In this document: piece after piece, positions 13,615-25,968 of the stretch
Layout: each line of letters opens with the position of its first letter
How positions within the stretch are numbered: the first letter of the stretch is position 1
Assembly: GCF_001194135.2 (NCBI RefSeq)
Contig: NC_068982.1
Span: forward strand, 171,504,118 to 171,568,117
Origin: Octopus bimaculoides
Lineage: Eukaryota
Reading direction: 5' to 3'
DNA length: 64,000 bases
Made by a program: the position numbers and the translations under genes
The notes under the pieces: model-generated
Told to the model about the DNA's origin: nothing
What the model saw: the letters and a program-made list of their open reading frames with translations, nothing else
Databases searched by the model: none

Positions 13615-15340
13615 TATGGGAGATTGTAGTAGTAGAGGTAAAGAGTTGAGAGATGAATTTGAGGGTAGGATATCTAGTAACTGGAGGATGGTCAGCTGTT
13701 GTTGGGTTTGTGTATTGGAGATTTTAAAATAGCGAAAAAAGGAGTGACAATTATTTGAGGGGGAAGTGTCTAATTTAGCGGCGGAAGGAGATTAGTAAGT
13801 TATGTAGAAAGGAATGAGAAAAGATAGAGGGAGGTAGACAGAGTGATGGATGAGTTGGTGGTCAAGGTAGCAGTGGTTAGTACTATAGTGAAGGTGGGCT
13901 GGTAATAGAGGTGGAGTACTGAAGTATGCAGAGATGTGTGAAATTGAATAGAGACAGGTGAATAGAGAGAGCGGGAGAGGTTGATACGTGAGTAGCTAAT
14001 TGAGTGGGATAGTTTCAAGCGCATTTGGTTTAAGAGGAGAAGAGGAGAAATAAGAGACTAGGGAAGGAATACCACTTGTGAGAACGGGGAGGCAGTGAGG
14101 GAGGTGGAGTGTTGTGGTTAAGACGAATTTGCAGAGGTAATCATGAGAAGGAATAATTTAGTAGGAAGGGTAGTATTAGTGGAGGTTCATCATAATTAAG
14201 GATAATCATAGTTGTGGGATTATATAACTTCAATAACTTGGGAAAATGATGAGTAGATTTTGTGTTTATAAGAGTGAATGACATTTGAGAATTTAAGTAA
14301 TGAGGGGTTGTGGTTGCAAAAGATGGTTAGCAATTCCCTTGAACACAACTTTCAAATACCGCGGTTTGTATTGTATGGGGCAGCCTCACTTACGACTGAC
14401 CAAGATAAGGTATAGGGAAGATTTGGGGATTTGAGGTAGTGTAAGTAAATTTGATAAGAAAGTAGATAATTTAGAATTTGGATTGGAGAAAATGCTCATG
14501 CGTGCTCGGTAGTGGTGCCTGAAATCAACAGTGCCACCGATGTAGACTCTTGCTTGGTGGGAGCGTGATGTCATAACACGGCACTTGTAGACTACATTTT
14601 TGCGCAAACAGAAACCTTAAAGTGGGCTGTGTTGACACACCCTACAATTGCAATTGCCAATCTAATCTGCAGTTGGAAGTCTGGATTTTATGGTCCGTTA
14701 CCGGATGTATAATCAGTATCATTGTTGGATTGGGAGTGGGTAACACTGCCAATATATGTGGTCATATGGGCAGTATTGTGAGAAGATGCCTTTAGCTTGT
14801 TACTGAGTCGAGTAAGATTATTAAGGCTCGTATTACTGCTACTAGGTGGGTTAAGGTGGGCGCAGTGTGACAAATTGCAGATTCTAAGGACTGGATTGCA
14901 GGTTATGTCTGCTAGAGGAGGCAAGTTTGGATCCTAATTTATGCGTGGTGGAATAGGAGATTTTTAACAGAATTGAAGACAGGATAGTATTTATGCTGCG
15001 GTGGGAAGTTAAGGTTTAAAATTTTAAATAAAAGTTTGGGCAGAGATTTAACTTGGAGGAAGGAAGGTGATACGAACCATATCTCGCGCATTCTGCCCTT
15101 TGAATGTTTAGAGGGTGTGGTTATAGTGAGTGAGTCTAGATAGGGAAGCTTGTAGTTATTATCGGTTCGAGGTGGCCTGTGGGGCAAACGAATGCGATGC
15201 GTAGAAGGTTTCTTTTGAGGGATAATGGATTGAGTGAAAGAAATATCAGTGGATACGGGGTTAGTATTAGTAAAGAGATGAACAATTTTGTTTTAATCAT
15301 AGCGTTGGGAATGTAAGAGATCTGTGTAAGTTGGATATAT
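13615..15340 (-). mobile_element. Penelope-like retroelement 3' fragment, most similar to the Hydra-type C-terminal-endonuclease group; decayed
   Basis: Minus strand gives IWFVSPSF...NFPPQHKYYPVF (RT C-terminus), linker CNCRVCQHSPL*GFC, NVVYKCRV...VYIGGT (GIY-YIG) and WSVVSEAAPYNTNRGI*KLCSRE...YKHK, then a long pyrimidine-rich 3' region. Confidence 0.8.
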
Positions 15341-15485
15341 TAATATAAATAACTATGAATTTATACACAAATATTCATCGTCAGAAAGTCTCCACATTTT
15401 TGTCTTCCTTCGTTTTGCATGTTATGTGTAATATATCCGCATAGTTGTCTCTCTTTCTATATATATGTTTGTGTGTGTGTGTGTG

Positions 15486-15516
<31 letters not shown>

Positions 15517-15603
15517 AAGAATGTATTTATATATATGTATANNNNNNNNNNNNNNNNNNNNNNNNNNNNNNNNNNNNNNNNNNNNNNNNNNNNNNNNNNN
15601 NNN

Positions 15604-15634
<31 letters not shown>

Positions 15635-15674
15635 CATATATGTATATATACAGTGAGAATTTACAGAAGAAAAC

Positions 15675-16635
15675 AGAAGACGAAGACAGGTGTATAAACA
15701 ACAAACGGATCTATTAGTTTAACTCTCCGGAAGTGAGAAAGTCTTTTACGTTTCGAGCCTACGCTCTTCGACAGAAAGGAACACAGAAATAATCAGGGAG
15801 AGAAAATAGAAAAGGTTTAGTGGCTACCGATCTATCATGGCGAATGTCGGACTAAGGGATCACAAAGGAGAGCTAGGAAGAAGGGGAGAAATAAAGTAGT
15901 GATGATCCTAAAATGAAGGTGCACGTGCGTGTGTATGTGAGAGCGTGTATGTCCCTGTGGAAGGGGGATGGTGACCTTGACATATGCGTGTGTGCATTTG
16001 TAGGTTTGTGGATGATGGTTTAGGTGCTGGGAAGTAGTCAGTCCTAGTGTGTGCGCTGGTATGAGTACTGGGAAGTGGTCAGTGCTAGTGTGTGCGGGGT
16101 GGTGTGATATGGTGTGGAGGTGTTGTAGTGTGGGGGAGGAGAGAGTGGGGGAAGCAAGAGTAGGGTTTAAGGGATGGGTGATAGTGGGATGGGATGTATA
16201 GGGATGGTGGGTTGAAATGTGTAGGGTGGGGTAACAAGGGAAGAGGTGACGATGAAGGGAGAGGGTGGAAGAGAGAAGGTGGATAGGAGTGAAGAGAGGA
16301 AGTAGGCGCCAGAGAAAGAGAGGAGAGCTGGGTGAGAGAAAGTAGGTGTAAGAGGAAGAGAAGAGAATGGAGGAAGGTTAGATGAAAAGAAGAGGAGAGT
16401 TGAGCCCATATGGCGCAAAAGAGCGAAGACAGAAGATTAATCCCTGTTCACGGCGAAGACGGGGGTCCGGATGGCTCCTGTGCAAGGACAATCAGAACAC
16501 AGCCAGGTGTTGTAAAGAGTGACCGGTAGAGCGGAAATGGCACGAGACTGGGATGTCGTTACCAAGTCCGATGTCTCGGAGGTGTTCCGCGAACCGGTCA
16601 GCCAAGCGGCATCCCGTTTGACCGATGTATAGAGA
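15675..16635 (-). mobile_element. Penelope-like retroelement 3' end (GIY-YIG C-terminus, 3' UTR/pseudo-LTR)
   Basis: [22 protein letters not shown]...PVSCHF..GHS...RLRREQGLIFCLRSFAPYGLN (16378-16635), then a pyrimidine-rich UTR containing a hammerhead motif. The 5' end abuts a (GATA)n tract. Confidence 0.92.
15743..15778 (-). ncRNA. Minimal type I hammerhead ribozyme motif with one core substitution
   Basis: Minus strand: CUUU-CUGUCGA-A-GAGC(GUAG)GCUC-GAAA-CG-UA-AAAG. Stem I (4 bp), stem II and GAAA are present; the core reads CUGUCGA instead of CUGANGA. Confidence 0.75.
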
Positions 16636-16664
16636 AAGACTGATCCGTGTCATATAGATAGATG

Positions 16665-16698
<34 letters not shown>

Positions 16699-16714
16699 AA
16701 GATAGATAGATAGA

Positions 16715-16748
<34 letters not shown>

Positions 16749-17282
16749 CATACATGTACATATGCATATATATACATGTATGTAGATGAATGTATATACA
16801 TAAATATATATATATATATACACAGATTCTTGTGTGTGCATGTGTGTGTGTGTTTGTGTCTGTGTGTGTTTGTCTGTGTGTCTGTGTCTGTGTCTGTGAG
16901 TGTTTACACAGTGTGTTTGCTTGTGTGTTTCTTTCTATGCACGTGTGTGTATATAAAATGAATTGAAGCATAGAAACATATACGAACACACAGCTATAAA
17001 TGTGTACATATAATATTCTCACAGCGACGTCGTTTCACAGTTTTATCTCTGGCGGGGGTCGTTCGTTTTGAATGAAGAATGAAGGAATTTTAATTTTAAA
17101 TCATTTAAATAATTACATGTTGAGTATTTAAGAAGACATTTCCTGGTTGCCCTATCTGATAATACCCTACAAGTGGTTTTATATTTGACCTCCTCTCTCC
17201 CTACCGTTTATATATATGCGTTACATATCTGTACGTATGTGCGTGCATGAGTATGTGCATATACATACACACACACGCACGC

Positions 17283-17330
<48 letters not shown>

Positions 17331-17337
<7 letters not shown>

Positions 17338-17440
17338 AACGTATATAAGTGTTATTGCGTGGCTGTACAGACACCTCTACACGCATATATAACTATGAAC
17401 ATATGTAAGGAGTTATATATGCATGTATGTGTAAGAGAGT

Positions 17441-17479
<39 letters not shown>

Positions 17480-17515
17480 TGTATGTGTGTGTGTTGATAT
17501 ATATAAATATATATA
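17331..17515 (+). repeat. Copy 1 of a ~180-bp direct repeat (copy 2 at about 20709-20875)
   Basis: Shared AAACGTATATAAGTG..., GTACAGACACCT..., ATATATAACTATG.ACATATGTAAGGAG.TATATAT, GTGTAAGAGAGTGA. Confidence 0.85.
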
Positions 17516-17759
17516 TATGTATATGTATGTATGTATGTATGTATGCATGTATCTGTGTGTGTATGTATGTATGTATGTATGTATGTATGTATGCATGTAT
17601 GTATGTGTGTATGTATGTATGTATGTATGTATGTATGTATGTAGAAACACACTGAAACATACATACGCATGCATAAATACATGTCTGCTCAAATGTGTGT
17701 GCGCGTGACTAATTATCTGTGTTTTTAATTTACTCGGAGCATGAGTAATCGTTAGTGTG

Positions 17760-17797
<38 letters not shown>

Positions 17798-17837
17798 GTG
17801 TGTGTTTGTGTGCGTGTGTTTGTGTGTGTGTGTGTTA

Positions 17838-17927
17838 TTTCTTTACTACCCACAAGGGGCTACACACAGAGGGGACAAACAAGGACAGACAAACGGATTA
17901 AGTCGATTATACCGACCCGAGTGCGTA
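17838..17927 (-). mobile_element. tRNA-derived SINE family A, 3' fragment with the ...GGGTAGTAAAGAAAT tail variant, cut by the gap
   Basis: Matches the SINE 3' end at 43627-43700 (GGGGACAAACAAG.ACAGACAAA.GGATTAAGTCGATTA). Confidence 0.85.
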
Positions 17928-18664
17928 NNNNNNNNNNNNNNNNNNNNNNNNNNNNNNNNNNNNNNNNNNNNNNNNNNNNNNNNNNNNNNNNNNNNNNNNN
18001 NNNNNNNNNNNNNNNNNNNNNNNNNNNNNNNNNNNNNNNNNNNNNNNNNNNNNNNNNNNNNNNNNNNNNNNNNNNNNNNNNNNNNNNNNNNNNNNNNNNN
18101 NNNNNNNNNNNNNNNNNNNNNNNNNNNNNNNNNNNNNNNNNNNNNNNNNNNNNNNNNNNNNNNNNNNNNNNNNNNNNNNNNNNNNNNNNNNNNNNNNNNN
18201 NNNNNNNNNNNNNNNNNNNNNNNNNNNNNNNNNNNNNNNNNNNNNNNNNNNNNNNNNNNNNNNNNNNNNNNNNNNNNNNNNNNNNNNNNNNNNNNNNNNN
18301 NNNNNNNNNNNNNNNNNNNNNNNNNNNNNNNNNNNNNNNNNNNNNNNNNNNNNNNNNNNNNNNNNNNNNNNNNNNNNNNNNNNNNNNNNNNNNNNNNNNN
18401 NNNNTATATATATATATATATGTTTCAGAGATTATAGATCACTTGAAGATATATCGTTTTATATAGATCTTAAGCACGATGTTGCATGCTGATTGTTTAT
18501 ATACCTATTAGTTTATATACCTATTGTTTATATACCTATTAGTTTCATTTACCTCAACAAAATATCTCACTCAATATTTTATACAATACGATCTAAAATC
18601 GCCCTGTCTCTTTTTTGTTCCTCCAAAAAGTTGTAGATTTTAACTAATGCATACGCATTTGACG

Positions 18665-18793
18665 TCAGTCATCATCATGACCATTATCATTATCATCACC
18701 AACCAACATCATCAACATCATCAGCAGCATTATGGTCGTCAACGTCGTCATCATTGTCATCATCATCATTATCATCATCATCACCTTTATCCT

Positions 18794-18842
<49 letters not shown>

Positions 18843-19045
18843 GTCATCATCATCTTCAACATCATCACTGCGATCGCCTCCATGTGCTGGTTTCGTCCTC
18901 GTCGCCAAACTACTTGCTTCATTAGCAAGAAAAGCCGCAGCGACAGTGACAGGTGCAGAAGTAGCATCTTCAGCTTTGTAATTAATATCGCAAATATCCT
19001 CATCCCCATTGTCATCATTATCGTCCTTATAGTCAGTCGCAATTA
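18665..19045. repeat. (CAT)n microsatellite with degenerate flanks
   Basis: Trinucleotide run; accounts for the poly-H/I/M/D ORFs in the track. Confidence 0.9.
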
Positions 19046-20461
19046 ACATTTTGACGTCTCATTTATTTTGATGATGTTATATATATATATATATATATAT
19101 ATATNNNNNNNNNNNNNNNNNNNNNNNNNNNNNNNNNNNNNNNNNNNNNNNNNNNNNNNNNNNNNNNNNNNNNNNNNNNNNNNNNNNNNNNNNNNNNNNN
19201 NNNNNNNNNNNNNNNNNNNNNNNNNNNNNNNNNNNNNNNNNNNNNNNNNNNNNNNNNNNNNNNNNNNNNNNNNNNNNNNNNNNNNNNNNNNNNNNNNNNN
19301 NNNNNNNNNNNNNNNNNNNNNNNNNNNNNNNNNNNNNNNNNNNNNNNNNNNNNNNNNNNNNNNNNNNNNNNNNNNNNNNNNNNNNNNNNNNNNNNNNNNN
19401 NNNNNNNNNNNNNNNNNNNNNNNNNNNNNNNNNNNNNNNNNNNNNNNNNNNNNNNNNNNNNNNNNNNTATATATATATATATATATATTAATATATATAT
19501 ACATATATATTAATAGTTATCGCCAAGCCAACATGGCAGTCCAAAAAATAGGACGAATGTTGCCGTTGATTAGTTCCAAGAGGCCATCGCCTATGTGACA
19601 CACGAACCTGTGTCCATTATAACCTACATATATATATATATATTTATACAGATGTTGTACAACAATTTATGATAATTCAAGGTTCTTTTTTTCAACTGCA
19701 ATTTGTGATTTGAAAGAGATACAACTGTTATGCTTCAAAAGTTGAGTGGCCACGTACAAAGACCGTCATTGATTTCTTTTGTTTATGTCATTGTTTTTGT
19801 AATAAATATATAAATATATGTCTTTAGTCATATGCAGTTTTGTGCTGTTGCTATTCTTGTAGTTGTTGTTTTGTTGCTACTGTTATTGTTGTTTTGTCGC
19901 TGTTTTGTCGCCATCATCGTTGTCGTTTAGCCCTGATTGAGAAAACCACTTATCAAAATTTTCTGTCGTTTTCGAGATATCTTGGTCACCTTATCAAAAG
20001 AATTATTTCCTAATTCTGAGCAGTATAATGTAACCTGGTACAGGATTGGATGCTATTTCTTGCTGGTCATTTACTCTACATACAGGCTTCTACATTGGAG
20101 TTACATTTGTTGCTTGCTCTGTTGAGGTTTGTGTAGCCTGTTGATGTATCTTAGAACTGCATATATGTTGCTGTCTGATTAATGCGGCATACACGTTTTC
20201 ACAGTGATACACTTTGCTGCGTGTCATTACTTTCTCGGCAGTACTCCAAAAATTATACATTCAGTTTCATTTCATACAAAAATTGACAGGAAATGCAGAA
20301 CAATAAAAGTAAGAACTTTTGATGATCCACCGAAAGAGGACTGTTTTACAAATCAGTTTTCATTGGAAACATTTTGAGGTAGCCATGTGTAGTTTGAAGT
20401 ATCAAATTAATTGAGATAGTGGAAAGGTAGAGGCAAAAGGAAAGAACCAAACAGATTATGC

Positions 20462-20510
<49 letters not shown>

Positions 20511-20708
20511 CATATATATATGTAAGCGCGCGCATGTGTGTGTATGAGTGGTTAGAAGTAAAATTTCAGTGTGCGTGCGTGTGTGTGTTTGTGTATTTGT
20601 GTAGACTAGATTTTAATCCAATTAGTCTCTGGACATTGCTAATTCTCTAATATAGTTCTTGAATATTATAAATGATAACTTTCAGACCTTCCTTATACAC
20701 ACACGTAC

Positions 20709-20875
20709 ACACACAAACGTATATAAGTGTGTGACTGCGTGGCGGTACAGACACCTATACACACATATATAACTATGCACATATGTAAGGAGCTATATAT
20801 ACATATATGTGTAAGAGAGTGACAGGGAGAAAGAGAGAGAGTGTGTATGTGTGTGTGTTGATATATATATATATA
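20709..20875 (+). repeat. Copy 2 of the ~180-bp direct repeat (copy 1 at 17331-17515)
   Basis: Direct alignment by eye with scattered substitutions. Confidence 0.85.
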
Positions 20876-21703
20876 TATATATATAATTTAATTCAAGGTG
20901 AATATGGTACTTAAGTTTAGGCACCAGAATTAAGTACGGTATTATCCATACAGTTTCAAAATAAGGTGATTAAAGTCAAAATAAGCAACAAGGATATCCA
21001 AAGTTAATGCGTCTCCATTTAATTAAGCAATGTGAACATTATATCAAATGTAAAATGCACACCAATCCTCAGCTGCACAAAGATATAGAAATTTATTGAA
21101 ATTACATTTCAACAGAAGAGCATATTTTTATAACTACATTTAAATTCTCCAAACGGGAAGGAAGAATACAAAAAAAAAACATTTTGACTTAGCCAGGCCA
21201 TACAGGCTAGTAAATAATTCTAAGCAGATTTTTAACTGTCACTGATTTCATTTGTTCTTTTGTTTCTGATTTATGGATCATCTTATCAGACCTAATGATT
21301 CAAAGCTTGAGAGAGCACTGGCATTTTCTTTGTAGGGAAAGGGAAAGGGATAAACAGTATAGACAGTAAACATGGATGATATAGTTATAAAATTTCTTAG
21401 GGTTTAGTGACAAAACTATAGGTGGGGGGTTCTCTACTAGCAGACCAGTTTATAATGGAGCAGGGGAAGTATTAACATAGGGCACCTACGTCAAAAGTAT
21501 ATAAAATAAAGTTGCTATATTGTGTACAGATACAGTAAATGATTATTCATAGTTTTCATTAATCAGAATAATGTATCAGTCTTGTTTTACATATGCTAAG
21601 TTTGAAATACTTGAGATACCAATATTTGCTTAATTAATATGTGAATAAATAAAAAAAATTATAAATTAAAAATGAAATATATGTATATATATATATATGT
21701 GTG

Positions 21704-21737
<34 letters not shown>

Positions 21738-21782
21738 TGTATGTATGTATGTATGTATGTATGTATGTATGTATGTATGTAT

Positions 21783-22210
21783 TCACGTAGCACTTCTTAA
21801 AATTTCAAACCAGCCTTTACAAACCAGCAAAAGATTTTCATTAAAAGTTTCCCCTTCATTTTCCTGTAAAACGATATACAAGCTTTTTATTCTAATCATG
21901 CTCACTGACACACTTTGACAAGTCTTTCTTCTATTAATACACCCAAGATCCGTCCCAAGTATTAATGAAAAGGTAAGGTCCCATGTCTTTGAAAAACTAA
22001 TGTCTAGGTTCTTAACAGAGTAACTTTTCGAGCATTTGACTTGTATGGATTGAGCATTTGAGTCGTCTGTATTGTCACATATTCTTCCGACTGTAGATGT
22101 TGCAAGCTTTAATGCAATAACGCTGAGTTTTTTTTCCTGGTTCAAGCGTTATAAAACATAAGGTTTAATATTCAGTTCAAGCCTTTAACAGTTCCTTTTC
22201 GAACTACTAC
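21783..22210 (-). pseudogene. Tigger/pogo-like transposase N-terminus (HTH-psq plus CENP-B HTH), decayed
   Basis: RLELNIKPYVL*RLEPGKK, LKLATSTVGRI and SVSMIRIKSLY. AAAGGCTGGTTTGAAATTTTAAGAAGTGCTAC reads KGWFENFKK(C/R)Y if one base is restored, matching the CENP-B HTH motif. Confidence 0.7.
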
Positions 22211-22992
22211 CTTCTATTCCACATTATGGCTTCTTTCCAGACATCAGGAATTATCGGTGAATCCAACAGTAGCATAGATCAATAATTATCCATAACATGG
22301 GTATATTAAAAAAACAAAATAGCAACTGGGAAAAACTGTTTTGCGAGAATAGAAGAATGGAAATGAGTTGAGGAAAAGGTAAAGAAATGAGGTAGTAAAA
22401 CGTATTACTAGTTGAACGTATTGCTAGTCTTACCCCTTTGACCACAACAGCGTTGTGTTGACATACAACATATGTAGCTACAGATATTGCTACCACCCTG
22501 CTACTATTGTTGTTTGCCAGTTTGCTATTCAAAAGTTGGTGGGGTAGTAGGTGTGTTGGTGTTGTGTGTATTGGTTTTGCGTTACTGATGGTAATGGTAG
22601 TAGGATTAATGCTACCGATGGCATTATTCCTGTTGTACTTGTAAACAACGTTGTTGCTGTTTGACCTCAACGCAATCCTCTTTGACCTGGCATGAAAAGC
22701 ATTTCATTCAACATATAACACATTATTTCACCATATTATCGAACGTGAATTTTTCTCCAATTTTCAAATGGAGTTACTTATTTTGTTTATAATATTGTTT
22801 ATGTTGTTGACAGCCATTAAAGAGCTGGTTGATTGATAATAGTGGTAGTTGTATTAGTTTTGGTGTTGATGACGATTGTCATGTATCATGATGCTGATTC
22901 TGCAAAACTGGTTTGTGAATAGAAAACAGTAATCGACTCGTATTATTTATGATATCTTATTTAAAATGTAGAACATGTAGGATGTTCAACAG

Positions 22993-23110
22993 TATTCTTT
23001 TCTACTCTAGGTACAAGGCCTGAAATTTTGGAGGAAGGGGTTAGTCGATTAAATCGACGCCGCTAAGCATTTCGCCCGGCGTGCTAACGTTTCTACCAGC
23101 TCACCGCCTT
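22993..23110 (-). mobile_element. SINE family A with the standard tail and a large internal deletion
   Basis: Head GGCGGTGAGCTGGTAGAAACGTTAGCACGCCGGGCGAAATGCTTAGCGG is joined directly to GTCGATTTAATCGACT...CAAAATTTCAGGCCTTGTACCTAGAGTAGAAAAGAAT; the B-box region is missing. Confidence 0.85.
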
Positions 23111-23340
23111 GATATTCAACAGTATTAGTAGCTGAATGATAACGTAACACATTGACGACTTCGCTGTAAAATGTTATTCTGTTTTGATTTTTACACCAAT
23201 GTCCATTGAAATGGTTTCTTCTCAACAAATAGTGGACACTGTCTGGAAAATGAACGCGCTAAAAATACTATCAAGAATATGCAGGCTATTAGAGTTACTG
23301 TTAATAAGAAGATAAATAATGCTATACACTGTCACATATG

Positions 23341-23724
23341 TTGTTGGCACTCTGTCGCTTACGACGCCGAGTGTTCCAGTTGATCCGATCAACGGAACAG
23401 CCTGCTAGTGAAATTAACGTGTAAGTGGTTGAGCACTCCACAGACACGTGTACCCTTAACGTAGTTCTCGGGGATATTCAGCGTGACACAGTGTGACAAG
23501 GCTGACCCTTTTGAATTACAGGCACAACAGAAACAGGAAGTAAGAGCGAGAGAAAGTTGTGGTGAGAGAATACAGCAGGGTTCGCCACCATCCCCTGCCG
23601 GAGCCTCGTTGAGTATTAGGTGTTTTCGCTCAATAAGCACTCACAACGCCCGGTCTGGGAATCGAAACCGCAATCCTATGACAGCGAGTCCGCTGCCCTA
23701 ACCACTGGGCCATTGCGCCTCCAC
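23341..23724 (-). mobile_element. tRNA-derived SINE family B, near full length
   Basis: Head GGAGGCGCAATGGCCCAGTGGTTAGGGCAGCGGAC...GGTTTCGATTCCCAGACC with A and B boxes, and a (CAA)n tail. Second copy at 47504-47871. Confidence 0.9.
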
Positions 23725-25649
23725 ACTGTCATATATGATGTACATTATATATTTATACAAAACTATAAAAATAAACATTGAAAAGTAAAACGAAGAAAGC
23801 CTCCACGTAAACACTCGAGAAAAGAAGTGAACTTAAACCTCACAATCGTAAAATCACAAAATAATATCGGAAGGTTAGAGTCACACAAATCTACCAAAGC
23901 TGGTGGTAAATTCAAATACATTTATCTTTCTAATAACACCATGTATTTGTTGGAGTCTTTGGCGGATTTACTTTATTTCAATCATTCGAACTAGGCGCCA
24001 TGGTATCTCCTCATTCAGTATCAACATGAACCACGTCTATCCTTCAGAAGTGATATGTAATATCATTTTTTAGCTCGACTAATAAAAAATGAATACATAT
24101 CTCATTTATTTTAGGGATCACACACACACATGACTAAAATGGATTGTTCCCGTTGGGATCTGAACTCCGATATAAATGTACGTAACCAAATATTACAGTT
24201 CATTTAGTGCGATGCTGAAATGTTTTTTACTATGCCTTAGCCTGCTGCATATTAATAATTGTAATTCCATACATAAATACGAAACTTCAGATTCATAGCG
24301 GTGAACTAGCTGAAAAGGATACAATATAGCGCTCATGCCTTTCAAAGATATGTGTTCGAGTGTGCGTATGTGTGTGTGTGCGTGCGTATGTGTATCTGTG
24401 TGCGTGTCTTTGTGTGCGTGCGTGTTTATTTCTGTGTGTGACAGTTAGGTGGGGGAAACAGCGCGCATACACATCTTTATTCCGAACATGTTTGTGGGTT
24501 GTTGGTAGGAATAACTTAAACGAATTTTGAATAGTTTGAATAAGCTCGGAATAAACTACCCGTGTACGATAATCTTGAATAGTTCGACATTTTATTTCGA
24601 TATAGGGTGGTCGTATATAGAATGAATGAACGAGCAGCCATGAAAAGTTTTTATCTGTTTTATTTTTTACCTGTTCTTTTTCTTTTTGGATGTGGGTGCA
24701 GGGTGGATGGAGCGGGTTTCAATATAACGCGAAGAGAGTTTTTTATGTATCGACTTCATTCAGATGTCATGGCTGATATATTCACTTGGTAATGTTGTTA
24801 GAGGTGAAAGGTGATTGTTTTGAGTACGTAAGGAGAAGAATAGTGTAATACTTGCATGTTGCCTATATAATTACGCACGCGTTATATTCCATGTGTGGCG
24901 CTAACATGTCGTGATTGCTTAGTTAACCTTTGCTCACACATAACACACAAACAACACAAGTTTACACATATACACATACATAAATATATATTTATATATA
25001 TGTCAGTGTGTGTGTATACATGTACTCGAATACATGTTAGTATGCATGCAACTGTGTACATATGCTTGTATGGTTACATGTAATGCATGCATGTAACATG
25101 AATATATGTGGGTGTGCGTATGTGGACATACATACGTGCGTACATACAGGCATACATATGAACATGCAGTCATATATAGTGTTAAAGCTAGTCTGGTATA
25201 AAGATTTTTTGTTACTATTCAGAAATTTGGACACCGTGATCTTCAGTCCACTTTACCAAAGGTGCTGAACCAAGACACAAGACAACGGTGTCTCAGCTGG
25301 TGAGTGTCGCAAATGCTGCTCTATCTCTTGCTTTCAATAGAAATGGTAAATCATTCATTACCGTGAAACCATGTTACAGAATTAGCAATAGGCACTAAAT
25401 AAATATTTAGCGAATATATTTTATATAATTTCCATATACAAATTCAACCAACTGAGTTATTATCATGAAGTTAAAATATAAGTGACGAGTATTCCACACG
25501 CTCAAACATATATACAGAGAAAGAGAGAGAGAGATAAGTGGCGGGTTTCTAAACAGTTTCCTTCTACCACATTTCACTCACAATATATTATCAAATTCGA
25601 GACTACGATACAAGACACTTATTGCCTAAAACCCAGAATCCGTACGTAC

Positions 25650-25687
<38 letters not shown>

Positions 25688-25714
25688 GTGTGAAGAGTAA
25701 AAATTTGCCAGCAA

Positions 25715-25788
25715 GCGGCTACAGGGAGTCGAATCCTCTGCCTCTCAGATACCAGCTGAGTGTGCTGTACTCTTCAGCTTTGCGGTAC
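25715..25788 (-). repeat. tRNA-like unit (degenerate; GGT in the anticodon loop)
   Basis: Anticodon arm CTCAG-CTGGTAT-CTGAG and T-loop-like GATTCGACTCCC; the acceptor stem does not close canonically. Confidence 0.6.
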
Positions 25789-25968
25789 ATGTAACCGCCT
25801 ACTGGCAACAGTCTCCCGTCTTCTCAGGCCTTTTATTCAGTTTTCTAGGCTGTTTACACAGCTATCCCATTTATTTTCTGTAAAGTATAAAGTTTGTTTA
25901 TAAAAAAATGTTTCCACATTCCAAAAATCTATTATTTAGCCTTAAGATAGACAATAGTTGTTGTCACG

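Noticed and set aside
14352-14354. TGA at a conserved Cys of the PLE endonuclease (GI*KLC), suggesting selenocysteine as in some Naiad PLEs
   Set aside because: The copy has other stops and frameshifts, and other conserved Cys positions have decayed to AGC and TAT, so ordinary mutation is the simpler explanation. No SECIS was identified.
21783-21860. F-box-like peptide LLLVCKGWFEILRS with a good splice acceptor
   Set aside because: Better explained as a frameshifted Tigger CENP-B HTH (KGWFENFKK) in line with upstream transposase motifs.
22434-22688. Minus-strand open segment with AG acceptor and GGG|GTAAGA donor
   Set aside because: The peptide is N/S/T-rich, derives from degenerate AAC/ACC repeats and has no recognisable homology or linked exon.
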